A program made the translations under genes and the position numbers. From Tricharina praecox (Eukaryota), in the NCBI RefSeq assembly GCF_024521635.1, contig NW_026250416.1, positions 372,001 to 436,000 on the forward strand: a stretch of 64,000 nucleotides of DNA, written 5' to 3'. Of this stretch, positions 40,801 through 52,597 are shown one piece after another (within the stretch, counting starts at the first letter, position 1; each line of letters begins with the position of its first letter). The notes below the pieces were generated by a model. That model had not been told where the DNA came from. It searched no databases and was given only the letters and a program-made list of their open reading frames with translations.

Positions 40801-41606
40801 TGCACGACGGTGTTGGACTGGGACTCAGCATTTGCCGCCAAATCATCAAGATACTGGGGGGGTTGATTCGGTTGGAGAGTCAGGTAGGCATCGGATCCAC
40901 CTTTACGATTCAGATACCCGTCTCCATGACGGAACGCACCGAATCTATAGCTGCGACCTACGATGAGGTGGTACCGTGGGGAAAGCATTGCAAGCCACAC
41001 CTCAGCTCAACTCCCGAGGGACTAGTGAATGGACATAGCAGGACCTTCAAAATCCTCGTTGCCGAAGACAATCCCACGAACAGGACCGTCATTGTGCAAA
41101 TGCTCAAGATACAAAAGCTTTTCGGTAAGTCACGCCCGCAACCCTATGTAACCACCACGCACTGACATGATCACGGTCTAGACGTCGAGCTAGCGAAAGA
41201 CGGCCACGAGGCACTGGAAAAGATCAAGGGGGCGATGGCCTCCGGGCAAGTATTTGGCGTGATCCTGATGGACATACAGATGCCAGGGCTCGACGGGATC
41301 GAGTGCACAAAGGCGGCGCGGAGTCTGGGGTACAACGCGCCGATCGTGGCCCTAACCGCGTTCGCCGACGAGGGCAACAAGGACGCCTGTCTCGTCGCCG
41401 GCATGAACTACTTCCTGCCGAAACCGATCGATAAGGTCCAGCTGAAACAGGTGCTAAAAACGTGTATGGGATATGATGGTGGTAGTCCTATGGTTAATGT
41501 GCCCCCGCCGAGTCCCCCCGTCAGCACTGTTAGCACCGTTATGCCGCCGCCGCCAATACAGACTCCGATACTGGAACGGAGGACGGAGGATCTGGAGGGG
41601 GCCTAG
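37891..41606 (+). CDS. SLN1: Sln1/TcsB-type two-TM hybrid histidine kinase; exons 37891-38028, 38135-40446, 40502-41124, 41182-41606
   Basis: Two TM segments, HAMP split by an insertion (RPITRL...DELTSLTETFNRM), H-box FVANISHELRTPLNG, N-box NLVGNALKFT, G1 DNGPGI, G2 GVGLGLSIC and a receiver domain (VAEDN, ILMDIQMP, IVALTA, KP). An in-frame upstream ATG at 37537 is an alternative start. Confidence 0.92.
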
Positions 41607-43112
41607 GCCACACGGGAAGAGAGTTGTATCATATCATTATATTCCGGGGTTGCGGTCTTCTTTCTTTCTTTCGGGTTTTCGCTAGCTGGCTTACGTGTTG
41701 GGATGTCCACTTTTCTTTCTTTTCTTTTTGTTTGATGGAGTTTGGTTTGGTTTGGGGTTTTCTTTTACAAAAAATAGGGCCATCATTTTCAATCTTCTCG
41801 TCCAGCCCTCCCCCCTCCCCCCCTCCCTTTCTTGGGTTTAATCTGTAATGAAGATGCTTTCTTTCTGGGGGGTTTGTTTATTTTTTCTTTCTGTTTCTTT
41901 CTGTTTTTTCTTCTGTTTTTCTGTTTTTCTCTAATGTACTACCTGGCGTTTTTTGTTTTTTTTTTTGCTTTTTGCTTTTCCTTTGGCCCCGTTCTTACAT
42001 ACTGGACTGGACTGGCGAGGAAGTGGGGGCGTAAATGGGGCGTCTCGTTTTTGTGTGGCTGTGTCTGGGTTTTTCTGTTGCATGGGTACTGGGTACTTGG
42101 TTATTGGGGACGATGTGTGTGGATATGGATATGGGGAGAGTCGAGACCTGAGAGTATTTGGTGCATGGGATCTAGGTATGGGATCTATAAAGATGATGGG
42201 GGCCGGCTGGAGATTGTAAGTTACATAGGTGCTGTATTGTACATAAGACATAGGACATAGGACATAGGGAGATGGGATTAGTATTGGTATTGGGTGAGGG
42301 ATTGGTATTAGGTGTAGGATTGGGATAGGTACAAAGGAGGTGTGTATGTGTGAATAGTCAATGGAAGTGTGCGCACAGGCTGGGTGGTAGGCTTGTTTTT
42401 CAAGGGCACCGAATTCTTGGGTCCCTCCGTAAAATACTTCACCGCCATGATGGATGAGCAATCCCACTTCGAGCGCCTTGATAGTAATAGCCGTGCGGAT
42501 CATGTTTGCATCATACGTATCACTCGCTCCACTGACTGAGCACCAAAAGTACCAGTAAAACTACCACTGTACCACAACAAAACTCTCAGCCGTATCTACT
42601 TAGGTATCCTGGTGGAAAATCTAATCCCGGTCCTACAGTGTGCGTTGTCCATCCATTCTGCCAGCGAGCGATGCCACCGGCCCGCGGCCATTCGGCAAGA
42701 TAACCACCAGCCCGCCCGCCATTCGTCGAGTCTCTAGAAACATTTCGCGCATGCATGTATGTATGTATGCGGGGATCTTCGATGCGTACTGTAGAGTCCT
42801 ATAGTACTGTACAGTACTGTACATAGCATAGCCGGCCGGTCGATGGGGACGGCTCTGTGGGTGGTGCTGTGATTAGTGCTTGCACGCTGTTGCTTATGGG
42901 GACGGGGAGGGGGAAGGAGACTTTGGGAGGGGTGAGGGTGCGTATACTTGCGGGCAGGCCTGGGTGGTGTGCGGACAGCGTAGTGGTGGAGCGGGCGAGG
43001 GGTGTGGACGGGGGAGTGGGGACGGGGGAGTGGGGACGAGGGTGCGGACGATAGAGTGGAACGAAGGAGTAGCAGCGGCGAAAGACGTGGACACGTTTGT
43101 TCGTGCTTCGCT

Positions 43113-43212
43113 GGTGGCGGCCACTGCCAACTGGTGGGGGCGGCCACTGCCAACTGGTGGGGGCGGCCACTGGGGGTGGCGGTCTCTGGGGGGCGGCCAC
43201 TAGGGGCGGCCG
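43113..43212. repeat. GC-rich 23-bp minisatellite with GGCGGCCACT core
   Basis: GGCGGCCACTGCCAACTGG twice, followed by shorter degenerate GGGGCGGCCACT units. Confidence 0.85.
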
Positions 43213-44508
43213 GGAGGATCAGTACGTCTCCTAGCGGAGTATGGTATGGTACCTATGGTGACAGCGGATTACCGTATGTACTCGTACACTGCGAGGCCAC
43301 GCATTCGGGGGTTCTTGCAAACATTACCACCCAACTGTAGTACTCTGCACAGGGAGGGAGGATCAAACTTTTAACTTTACCCTCCCCTCCCCTCCCCAAC
43401 CGGATATGCTGTATTTCCAAAAGTGTTTATGCAAAGTAATATGCATAGGTACATCTAGATTCTACATATCTCGGATGGCCCCACGACTCACGCCACTATT
43501 GGCTGTAGGGCTGTGGTACGTATAAGTCGTCCTATAAGTCGTCCCAATCGGTCCAATCCCATGCGGGGGGATCGGATCAGCCACGTCGCCGCTGGTTCTT
43601 CGCCACTCTGCCAGTCGCTCGATCTGCTGGCTGGCAGGCTGGAGGTTGTCAGTGGGTGGACCGATGGATCGATGGATGTTTCAAATATCACTATCCATCA
43701 CTCGGAAGATGGGTGCTCTAGCCCGGATCGGATCGAGTTGTACTCTACGTACGGCATCAGAGTATTACGGTTCGGGGTAAAGCACTCGGAAACAAATCCG
43801 GAGCCGCAGCGGGTCAGCCCCCGAGTGCTGATGGTATTATGTGCTCGTGCCGAATAGGTACGGCAGATGTGGCTGATGATGAATCACTCGTCTTGCTTCC
43901 TCTGCATGCTTTCGCCCAATATCGTTTCGCAATGTTTGGAGCCCGCTCAAGATGCCATTCGTATCTAACACCTCACCTCACGGAATATCATGGAACCATT
44001 CATTGCCCACACTTCCATCGTAACTTGTAGTCAGCTGTACCACCTATATCCTTTCAATTCACCCGCACATGACTAATCCCCCCACCATCACTCGTTCCCC
44101 ACCCCCCAGGCCCAGCACCGCAGCGCGCCCAATTCAATTCCAAGCCAAGCGTCGTCAGCATCACAGCACCCCTCCCGAAATAGGTCTCATCCCTACCGCA
44201 TTCAATTGTCTCGGGGGTAAATGACGTTCTTGGAACCTTAGCATAGAAAACTAGCACAGCCACGGCCGCCTACATACCGATCTCCTTTGTCGCGTACTCT
44301 AACTGCAGAGCTACCTATCAACTCTACTCAACTCAACTCGCTCAACTCAACTCGCCTCGGTTTCGCAACATCGACACCGACATCACCGACACCACACGAT
44401 ACAACACACGATCGATACACACACACACGATACACAACCCCCCAACGCCAGTAACCACCGCAACCACACCCACAACCACCACCACCGCCTCCACCACCAC
44501 CAACCGAC

Positions 44509-44943
44509 ATGTTCTTCTTCTTCACCTGCGGCTCCGCCGACTTCTCGGGACAAATCAGCGGGTACGAGGGTCTGCGCGTCGTGTGTCCTGTTCGTCGTCC
44601 CGTCCCCGTTCCATTCCCTCCTCCATTCCCATTCCTTGCGCCGGCGCACATAGCTAACAGAGGAGGGGGGATAGCATTGCCACAACGCGGCGGTAACAGC
44701 GATCAAGCGCCGCACGTTCTTTACGTTCTGCTTCATCCCGCTGGTGCCGATAAAGTGGGGCAAGGAGCTGCGCTGCACGATTTGCCAGTATCATCAGTCT
44801 ACGTGAGTTTTTCTTTCTTTCTTTTACCGGTGGAGCTGGTGGAGAAGAAGGGGGGGTGCTGATGAAGAGAATGTGTGTGCAGGACCGATGAGCAGCTCGA
44901 GCAGATGGCGAATGGCGGCCCTGGCGGCGCTATGCTGAAGTAG
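44509..44943 (+). CDS. 89-aa zinc-ribbon protein (zinc-ribbon_15-like); exons 44509-44589, 44675-44802, 44883-44943
   Basis: Splicing gives MFFFFTCG...VVCPHCHN...RRTFFTFCFIPLVP...ELRCTICQ...: two CxxC pairs around an FFTFCFIPL hydrophobic hairpin. Exon total is 270 nt, in frame. Confidence 0.88.
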
Positions 44944-45548
44944 CGGGATGCACCCACTTACCGACCTAGGCGAATTACATATCGTCGCGACTCGCGCGCC
45001 GATGAGGGAACGAACGCCTTTTTTGTTGCGCGAGGGCTCGGGTTCGGGTTTAGTTCGGGTTCTTTTGCTTGTCTGCTTGCTGCGCTTCTTACCTGCCTTT
45101 GCACAGTTCTTTCTTTTGTCTTCCCTTCCGCACTTTGCTCACTTTGCTCTGTCTGCCAATTTGAGCGCCCCAAATAGTCTGTATTAATAGCGTGCGCACT
45201 TGCTCCACCTCAATCTTCACATGCTTTCGACCTTCCTGCCTTTCGGCCTTTCGGCAGGTAGGTATGCAGGTAGATAGTAGATCAAGTTATTTTCCGGTTC
45301 GTAGACCGATCGCTCTTGTATTCTTATAAGACATTATATTTCGTGTTTTTTTTCTTCAAAGCCGTTAGTTGGTTAGTCACGATAATAATACAGTCTCTCC
45401 CCGCGCGATGGCGGGGAAGGTCCATGAGTATAAACAAAAATAAACAAAACTCCAGAAACTCCTGAAATGTAAATGCAAATGTAAATGCTGCCCCAAAATG
45501 CCCGACAATACCCGAAAATGATCTTCCCCCCCATACTCCATGCTCCAT

Positions 45549-45856
45549 CCCCCAATGCAATGGAAATCCATCCATGTGTTGTTTGTTTGTTCCTTCTCCG
45601 GTGTATCTGCCGTCCGATGCTGTCCGTCCTCCTCCGCTCCGTTGATGCAATTCCCCCCAATGCAATGATATCCATCCATACGTTGTTCGTTTGTTCCTTC
45701 TCCAGTGTATATGCTGTTTCCCCCCGTCCTCCTCCGCTCCGTTGATGTAATTCCCCCCAATGCAATGATATCCATCCATACGTTGTTCGTTTGTTCCTTC
45801 TCCGGTGTATATGCTGTTTCCCCCCGTCCTCCTCCGCTCCGTTGATGTAATTCCCT
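45549..45856. repeat. 100-bp tandem repeat, about 3 copies
   Basis: GTTGATG recurs at 45641, 45741 and 45841. Units 45641-45740 and 45741-45840 differ at 2 positions; the upstream copy is more degenerate. Confidence 0.95.
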
Positions 45857-46025
45857 CTCAAATGTTCGTCCCGTCGTAGCTCGTAGCTCGTAGCCGTCCG
45901 TTCGTTGTGATGCAAAAGTCTTCTCATCCGTTCCGTCGTAGTCGTCGTAATGTAATCCGTCGTAAGTAAGTGACAAAAGAAATGTATGTATGTATACGTG
46001 TATGCGTGTGTGTATCCGTCAAGGA

Positions 46026-46027
<2 letters not shown>

Positions 46028-46067
<40 letters not shown>
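46028..46067. repeat. (TG)n microsatellite
   Basis: About 19 units. Confidence 0.95.
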
Positions 46068-46068
<1 letters not shown>

Positions 46069-46104
46069 GTACAATCCTCCCTCCCTCCCTCCCGTCGAGT
46101 CCTC

Positions 46105-46976
46105 TCAAAGGACTCGGTACATGTCCTGTTTTCGCCGTGATACCCACTCGCCATCGAAGACTCGCAGAGACGGCTTGGTCAGGTTGACCCATGTGTATGG
46201 TTCCTATTTTTTTTCATTAGTATTCTTTTTGGAGTGAGAGGCAGAAGAAGGGGGGGTGAGAAACATACCTCATCGTCGTCTTCCAGCGAGATATAACCCT
46301 GATGTTCCGGCTCGACCACCCACCCCTCGCAGCGGTTCTTGACCACCGCCTCCCAGACCTCGAACCACTCCTCCTCCTCCTCGACCTCATACTCGTCCTC
46401 GTACCACCAGCCATGGCCATCATCGTCGCCGCCCTGCTTCGCGCCCTTCCCTCCCTTCCACGGGACTTTATACGCGGCCTCGAATCCACTCCAGAGCCTA
46501 CTGCCGGCCCTTTTGAGGCCCCTTGCCACCAGTCTAACCCACTCAGTCTCGATGCCCTCGGCGAGCATTTCATCGCTGCCCCACGGCAGCGGACTCTTCA
46601 ATCCCGCGACCTTATCACAACCGCGCTTCACATCCATCATCCAACCCAAGACCTCCTTCATCTTCCTGCGCTCCACCCTCGTAACGAATCTACACTCGTC
46701 CTCGACTAGCTTCGCCTCAAAGAAGCAGTGAGCGAGGGGTGCGGACGCGAGTATGTTCCTGTCGGCGCGCACACTGAACACGCGGTTCGCCGGATGCGAC
46801 AGGCAGTGCCGCGGGTCGCGGAAGAGCACGACCGGGTGGTACACCGGCGTGCACGTCAGCCGCCGACGTGTGTTGTATAAATGCTGCAGCGCAGTGAAGA
46901 TGGAGATCGCGAGGAGGCATGGGATGATCGTTAACGCTGTCCCTAAGGGCGACGACCGCCGCCGTGAGGTGGGCAT
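46105..46976 (-). CDS. Hypothetical protein with N-terminal membrane anchor; exons 46976-46269, 46203-46105
   Basis: Long ORF with hydrophobic ALTIIPCLLAISIFTAL near the N-terminus. Canonical intron 46268-46204 (GTATGT..ACTAAT..TAG) gives the C-terminus EPYTWVNLTKPSLRVFDGEWVSRRKQDMYRVL*. Confidence 0.75.
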
Positions 46977-47382
46977 CGTGCTGCTGAGTGTGTCCGTACA
47001 CAGGGCGAACCACTCGATCGGGTCGATTGGGGAGAAAATTGTGGCGGTGGTGGGAACCGGTGGGGAATGGAGGGGGGCGGGAGTGCGGAAATTCCCACGA
47101 TGTTTGGAGGTCTGGAGGTCTGGAGGTTTCCGCTTTATCGATTGAGTCCGTGTGTGTGCGGTGTGTGCTTGCTTTTTCTGTGGATACCCGTCCGTTTAAT
47201 TATGCCGTGCGTTCGTCTGTTCGTGTGTTCGTTTCTTTTCGCTTCGCTTCACTTTCCGTCCGAACAAGAAGAAGTATCTAGTCGAGAGATAATAATTGTT
47301 CTCATGGGACGGGAATGTTTTATATATATCGCTCTCTGCCGCCCCACCCAGCGCAAAATTCCCACGCACGCAAGCAAGTAAC

Positions 47383-47438
<56 letters not shown>
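47383..47438. repeat. (CAAG)n microsatellite
   Basis: 14 units. Confidence 0.95.
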
Positions 47439-49662
47439 ATCTGAATCGCTGGGCTGCGTTGGCACGCTGTACCGTAGAATACAGTACAGTACAGTACAGT
47501 ACGTACAGTACAATCAATCGCTCTACCTACCTACATTATCGGAGCAGACAGACAGCTCAGGCCAGCCAGGCCAGGGACGAGAGTGGCCCTTCGCCCCCCT
47601 CCCCCCACCCACCAGAAAAGAGGAGAAACGACAGTCCACCACGAGTCACTGCAGATTAGTTTCCGCCCAATCAGTGTCGAGCGGATGTCGTGTAACACTT
47701 CCGGACCTCACCTCTCGCCACGACGACGACGCCGGACTGGCCCGCTGTGACTTGACTGATCCCGTCCGTCCATCCCCCGTCCCCCCGTCCATCCACCGTG
47801 CTTATTCCTAGGGTACCTAGGGTAGGGTGCACAGGTGTTCCGCCCGCCCCAATTCCCAGCACCCAGACCGATGGAAAAGTCGGTCGATCGATTGATGCCG
47901 GTGCCGGTTCTGCTGTTGGGCCGGTATGTACTGGTGCTGACGGCGCTGACGATGATGGTGATGGTGATGATGTCGACATCACCATCCAACCCCCATCCAT
48001 CATCATCGGCTTACTCGAGCGGGAGAAAAAAGCCGGTAAGTTGTCTAGGTACATCCCGCTGTCCAGCGCTCGAGTCCAGAACATTCGTAGAAGTTGGCAG
48101 GAAGGAAGGAAGTTCGAGATATCGATCAAAGATCCAGGTATGCATACCGTACACGAGATCCGCTTTCGCATGCTTTGCTTTCCTTCTTTCCCTTCTTTCT
48201 CTTCCTTCCCTTCCCTTTCTTCCCTTTCTTCGCTCGAACCCAAGCCAATCCAGTTCAGTCCAGTCCAGTCCAATCAGCAACACAAGTGGGTGGTTGTTCT
48301 TATGCAGAGTGAATGCACGCACGCAGACAGACAGACAGGCAGGCAGACAGGCAGGCAGGCGGTCAGGATGTCGTTTCATAATCGATGCAGCGACAACAAA
48401 CACAAACATTCTGCATGATGCCTCCTCCACCCAAACTTTTTCGTCATTTGCGCTACATATCATACATGCATACAAAGTAAAGTATCGCCGCTACGCCAAA
48501 ATAGAAGGAGAAGCGGGGGAGGAGGAGAAGGCGGAAGAGGAATATTCACTCACCACTAGCAGCAGTGCGAGTTTTTTTTTTGTATGATCGTCGTAGGATC
48601 AGTATGTAGGATCAGTACCACAGGTAGGCGGCCAGACAAATTCTCGATGTTGATCGTCGCCAGGCTATTGACGGCCCGGTCGGTCGCTCGGTGACTTGCA
48701 AGGCACCGTTACCGAATCGTTTGGTTGTCGCTATTGTTGTCGCTGCCGTTGACGCTGTTGTCTTGTTGTCTTGTCGCTCTCGTTGTTGGTTGCGGTTGCG
48801 TGGGTGGGATGTGTCGTTGCAGTGCACAGCCCCAGGGCTGGCTGGCTGGCCAGATCACTTGCCTGCTTCACTTGCCTGCCTGCCTCGCTGGTTGGTGGTT
48901 GGTGGTGCGAAAGTCAAATCAGACGTTTGTCCCCCGACTGGCCAACACGTGTTCGAGCAAGAGGCAAGCAAGCAGGCAAGCAAGCAGGCAAGCCACAAAG
49001 ACAAAAGCAAAATGACAGGCCACACAAAAAGCCTCGCCCACCTGGCGTCCGTCATAATCAGCTCATATCACTCGCTTTTTCGCGCTGGCTTGGCAGGGTG
49101 CCATGGTGCCAGGTTGGCAGAGCTGGGGGGGGAGGCGGTCGATCGAGAAGGCAAGGGCAAGGCGGAACTAGATATGAAACACATCGATCTGCGCGATTCT
49201 GTTTTGGAAGCGACATGGAAGGCAAGGTGAGTGAGACGTGGAAGAATCATGGGGAGTATCTCATTTGATGCTCGCCTAGCTGCTGCTCCCGCAGGGAAGC
49301 CGCGATTGAGGCATCGAGCAAGCAGCACGCATCGCGCATTGATCGTGAGCATCGAACATTGAGCATTGATTGTGTTGTGTCGTGTGTTGCTCGCGAGAGA
49401 GGCCTATCGCGCACTTGACCGGCAGGTTCTGCTGCAATTTGGAAGCCCTCCAGAAAGAACTCAATAACTCCCCACCACAGTGCCTGCCTGCCCAGCATCC
49501 TCCCATCGAGAATGTCCCCGAAAAAAAGAAAAAAATGTATCCCCAAAGAAAACACCAACCCGAATTACACCGAAAGAAGATGATGGTACCCCGTAAACTT
49601 TTGCATTGGTTTGAATACAAAGGTGAAAATGGTGGAAACCCCCGTCCCCCAGCGACTCCCAT

Positions 49663-50293
49663 TTATGCGTCGTCGACCTATATAGCAGCACCAGCCCGTC
49701 AACCTCTGCTCTTCTTCTATCGCTGCCATCTGGCACATATCGGAAGAAGGAAGAACTCACCACCACGGTGTGAAGACCCTTGGGGTTCTTGACGTTCACG
49801 GCCTGGACGTACGAAAACAGCTTGTTCTTGGCACCCTCCTCGTCGTTACGCTTGCGCGAGATGCGGATGCGGAGTCTGTAAGGAACGCCTTTGATTCCCT
49901 GCTTCCAGACCTCCTTGTTGAGCTGGGGGTCGAGACGCACATCCTCAGTGCCCTAGTTTCCGACACCCGTCAGCAACTGTGCTCAACCGTTTACAACCCA
50001 ACTATCCCAGTCCACCCGAGGCACTGCCAGCACTGCCCGCTTTCCCGTACAACAGTGTCCCCCAGATGCGTGGAGTGTGGAAGCGCTTCAGACGGAGCGG
50101 AGGAAATTGAAATCGAGCTCGGATAACGAACCATGGCGGTCTTGGCAAAGGACTTGATCTCCTTGATGGCGAGGGGGGCCCTCTTCTTGAACGAAGCACC
50201 GAAGATGCGCTTGTGGAGGTGGATGGTGTACTCGCGGGCGACGACATCGGCGAGAGCGGACCGTCCGGGCTTGGTGGTCTTAGGGGGGGCCAT
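49663..50293 (-). CDS. RPL31: 60S ribosomal protein eL31; exons 50293-50132, 49952-49761, 49677-49663; 5'UTR intron 50372-50296
   Basis: [14 protein letters not shown]...FKKRAP...[36 protein letters not shown]...[11 protein letters not shown]. Confidence 0.97.
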
Positions 50294-50535
50294 TTCTAAC
50301 CGTGGAGATTTCGAATCAGTTTCGGCCTTTCGCTTTTTTTTGTCGAGGGAACGGAACGCTGGATGGACGTACCTAGGGATTTTTTCGGCGGCTGTCGTGG
50401 AGTCGGTCGGTCGTCGTCTCGTTGATTTGCTGGGTCGCGATAGCTGGTTAGTACGGGTCGGTCGGCCTTTCGCGAATATCGCGGGCGGTGCTACAGGAGT
50501 TGTGTGTGGTGTGTGCGCACTCGCGGATTTTGGTT

Positions 50536-50574
50536 TGTGACCGCTAGGGCGAAGCCCTAAGAGCCGCAGCCACA
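50536..50574. promoter_or_regulatory. RP-gene promoter cassette (Homol-D-like TGTGAC / CAGCCACA flanking inverted TAGGGC-N3-GCCCTA)
   Basis: TGTGACCGCTAGGGCGAAGCCCTAAGAGCCGCAGCCACA upstream of RPL31; the same arrangement occurs upstream of RPL20. Confidence 0.65.
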
Positions 50575-50866
50575 CAGTGCGATGGGCAACGCGTCTTAGC
50601 GAATGGAATCCGTGAAGGCTGTCTTGCCGAACCAAACAACGTCGAAGCGTACTCTAGAGTAGAGAACTCTAGTTGCGGCCTGGCACGTACGGAGAGGTAT
50701 TTGACGAGCTTTGCGTAAAGACGGGCTACTTGTCTGCTGTTCTTTTCAGGTGTCGCTCTCTCCTATTTCTTGGCTTCCCTCTTCTCAGCCTCGTAGCCCA
50801 CCAGCCTCGTCGAGCCTTCCTCTCAGCCCGGAACTCTGTTCACACTCATCTTCGTTCCTCGCGTTG

Positions 50867-51537
50867 ATGGCTGCGAGTTCGTGGGGGTGGACCCGCAACG
50901 CGACCAGATCCAAGCAAATTTTGGTGAAAGCGGAGCACGTCTGTGTACCATCCAAGTCACCTGCCACCACACGTGGAACACAGTACCTAGCCTAACTTTA
51001 CAAATACATACGGCTCAGTGTCTACAAAGGTTAATAAACAAAAATGTCTTGATTCCAAACATACCGGCGGTTCAGCAAGAAATTCAGATCATTCGGTTGC
51101 TACGACAAATCCAGACCGACGTTCGGTAGGTCAGAGACGATGTTCGACGGGTGCAGGTCCGTCTTCGGGCTGTTGAAGGCCGTCTCGAGAATGTTGAAGG
51201 CCAGCTTCAGACCCTTACAAGCCATTAAGACATGTATGGGATATCTTTCCTCAGCTGTCCCTCCTCAGTGATTGGCTCTGATATACCTTCAGGTTGCCTT
51301 TACGTTTATACACTCTCTCATTGAGTGCATTGGCCGAGTTCTGATACCCGCCTGGTCTTGAAAGTTGATGGATCATGGAATACCACGTCCCGGAATGAGC
51401 TTGGACATTTCACATTCAAAGTGCTCCCAAACACCATTTCAAGCTCTTGGTCTACAGCAACCAACAGCCGACAGCCCCGCGATCGTCTATGCAGACAACG
51501 CAGCGTGGATCACCTCGGGGCCCGTTGGAGCGTCTAA
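50867..51537 (+). pseudogene. Decayed small coiled-coil protein gene
   Basis: Reads IPNIPAVQQEIQIIRLLRQIQTDVR*VRDDVRRVQVRLRAVEGRLENVEGQLQTLTSH*D, intron 51234-51292, then MLPLRLYTLSLSALAEF*YPPGL, with later frameshifts. In-frame stops at 51127, 51226 and 51342. Confidence 0.7.
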
Positions 51538-52194
51538 CACGACAAGTCGGGTTTCTCTAGTGGTTCGGTAATTGTTTTGACTTTGGTGCGTACCATGGTG
51601 GCCCGTGAGGGATCCTTTACTTTGTTCCGATGCTTTTACACACGACGTGGTACTTCACTATCGCAACCCCGACGGTATATTTCTCTTTGAGCCGCTTCTC
51701 ACGAGTGGGTCGTATGACTGTGAATGCCTATGATAGTCACTTTGGTGGGAATTTCTATGACGGATGAGGGGATCTTTTCGTTATAAGCGGATGGGTGGCT
51801 TCTCTTCGAAAACAGTGGCTCACTTACACACCTTGGTTTTCGGTAAGGGTTGGCTTAAGTTGTAGATTTGAGATAAGCGGGTATAGATAGACGGGACTGT
51901 TGTTGTTCGGTATCGAGTGCGGGTGCGGAACCGTTCCCAAAGAACACTGGAGTAACTAGCTTACGTAAGTAGCTCGTGCGGTGTATAACGTTTCATCAAT
52001 TGGAAGTTGGTGATGTGCGGATTACTTCACACATGTGAGCCAGATTCGAATCGGCAGCTACTCTAGCCGTGCGGTTGCTCCGATTGCGGAACCCCGCCGG
52101 CGAGTTCGGCCAGGCTGTCTCTTTTGGGCGCTGCTTGGATATCTTGGTGCCTTTATCTAGCATGGATCGGCTCATCCAGCTGGCAAGAAATGCA

Positions 52195-52202
52195 TGACGT
52201 CA
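52195..52202. promoter_or_regulatory. CRE (ATF/CREB) site upstream of catalase
   Basis: Perfect TGACGTCA ~400 bp upstream of the ATG; additional TTACGTAA (51961) and GACGTCAT (~52379). Confidence 0.55.
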
Positions 52203-52597
52203 ATGATCGTCGACATCGCTACTGAGAATGACAGCTACTTCCCACTACAATCTACCCTTTCGCAGGTGCCCACGTCCAAAAAACACCCCGCTCAGACGTC
52301 TTTGTAATCGGTGTTTTCTTTCTGGGATGGGGATTGAGATCCGGGGCTAGGCTGGCCGATGATGGCTGCAAATGAGTGGACGTCATTTCGGCGTCAGATA
52401 CAACCTCCAACGAGAAGAACGCAGAGGGGAGCAAAGATGGGACGGAAAGGAATACTTAAGCTGCAGAAGTTCGCCGGTTTAGTTGGCTTGTTGACCCAAA
52501 CTACACACACAGACTCACCTTTCGAGCATTAAGCCCTCTCTTCGCGGTTACAGACCTTCAATATATCCCATCACCACAGCAAAACAGCACAGCAAAC

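Noticed and set aside
45549..45856. CRISPR-like interpretation of the 100-bp (and 19-bp) repeats
   Set aside because: No unique spacers, contiguous tandem units, eukaryotic context and no cas genes.
47671..48587. Overlapping 200-250 aa ORFs on both strands
   Set aside because: They run through simple repeats, lack a convincing start and splice model, and show no domain motifs.
51127..51344. Stops rescued by A-to-I editing or readthrough
   Set aside because: Three different stop codons, in positions where Gln/Arg fit better than Trp, plus frameshifts; pseudogenisation is simpler.
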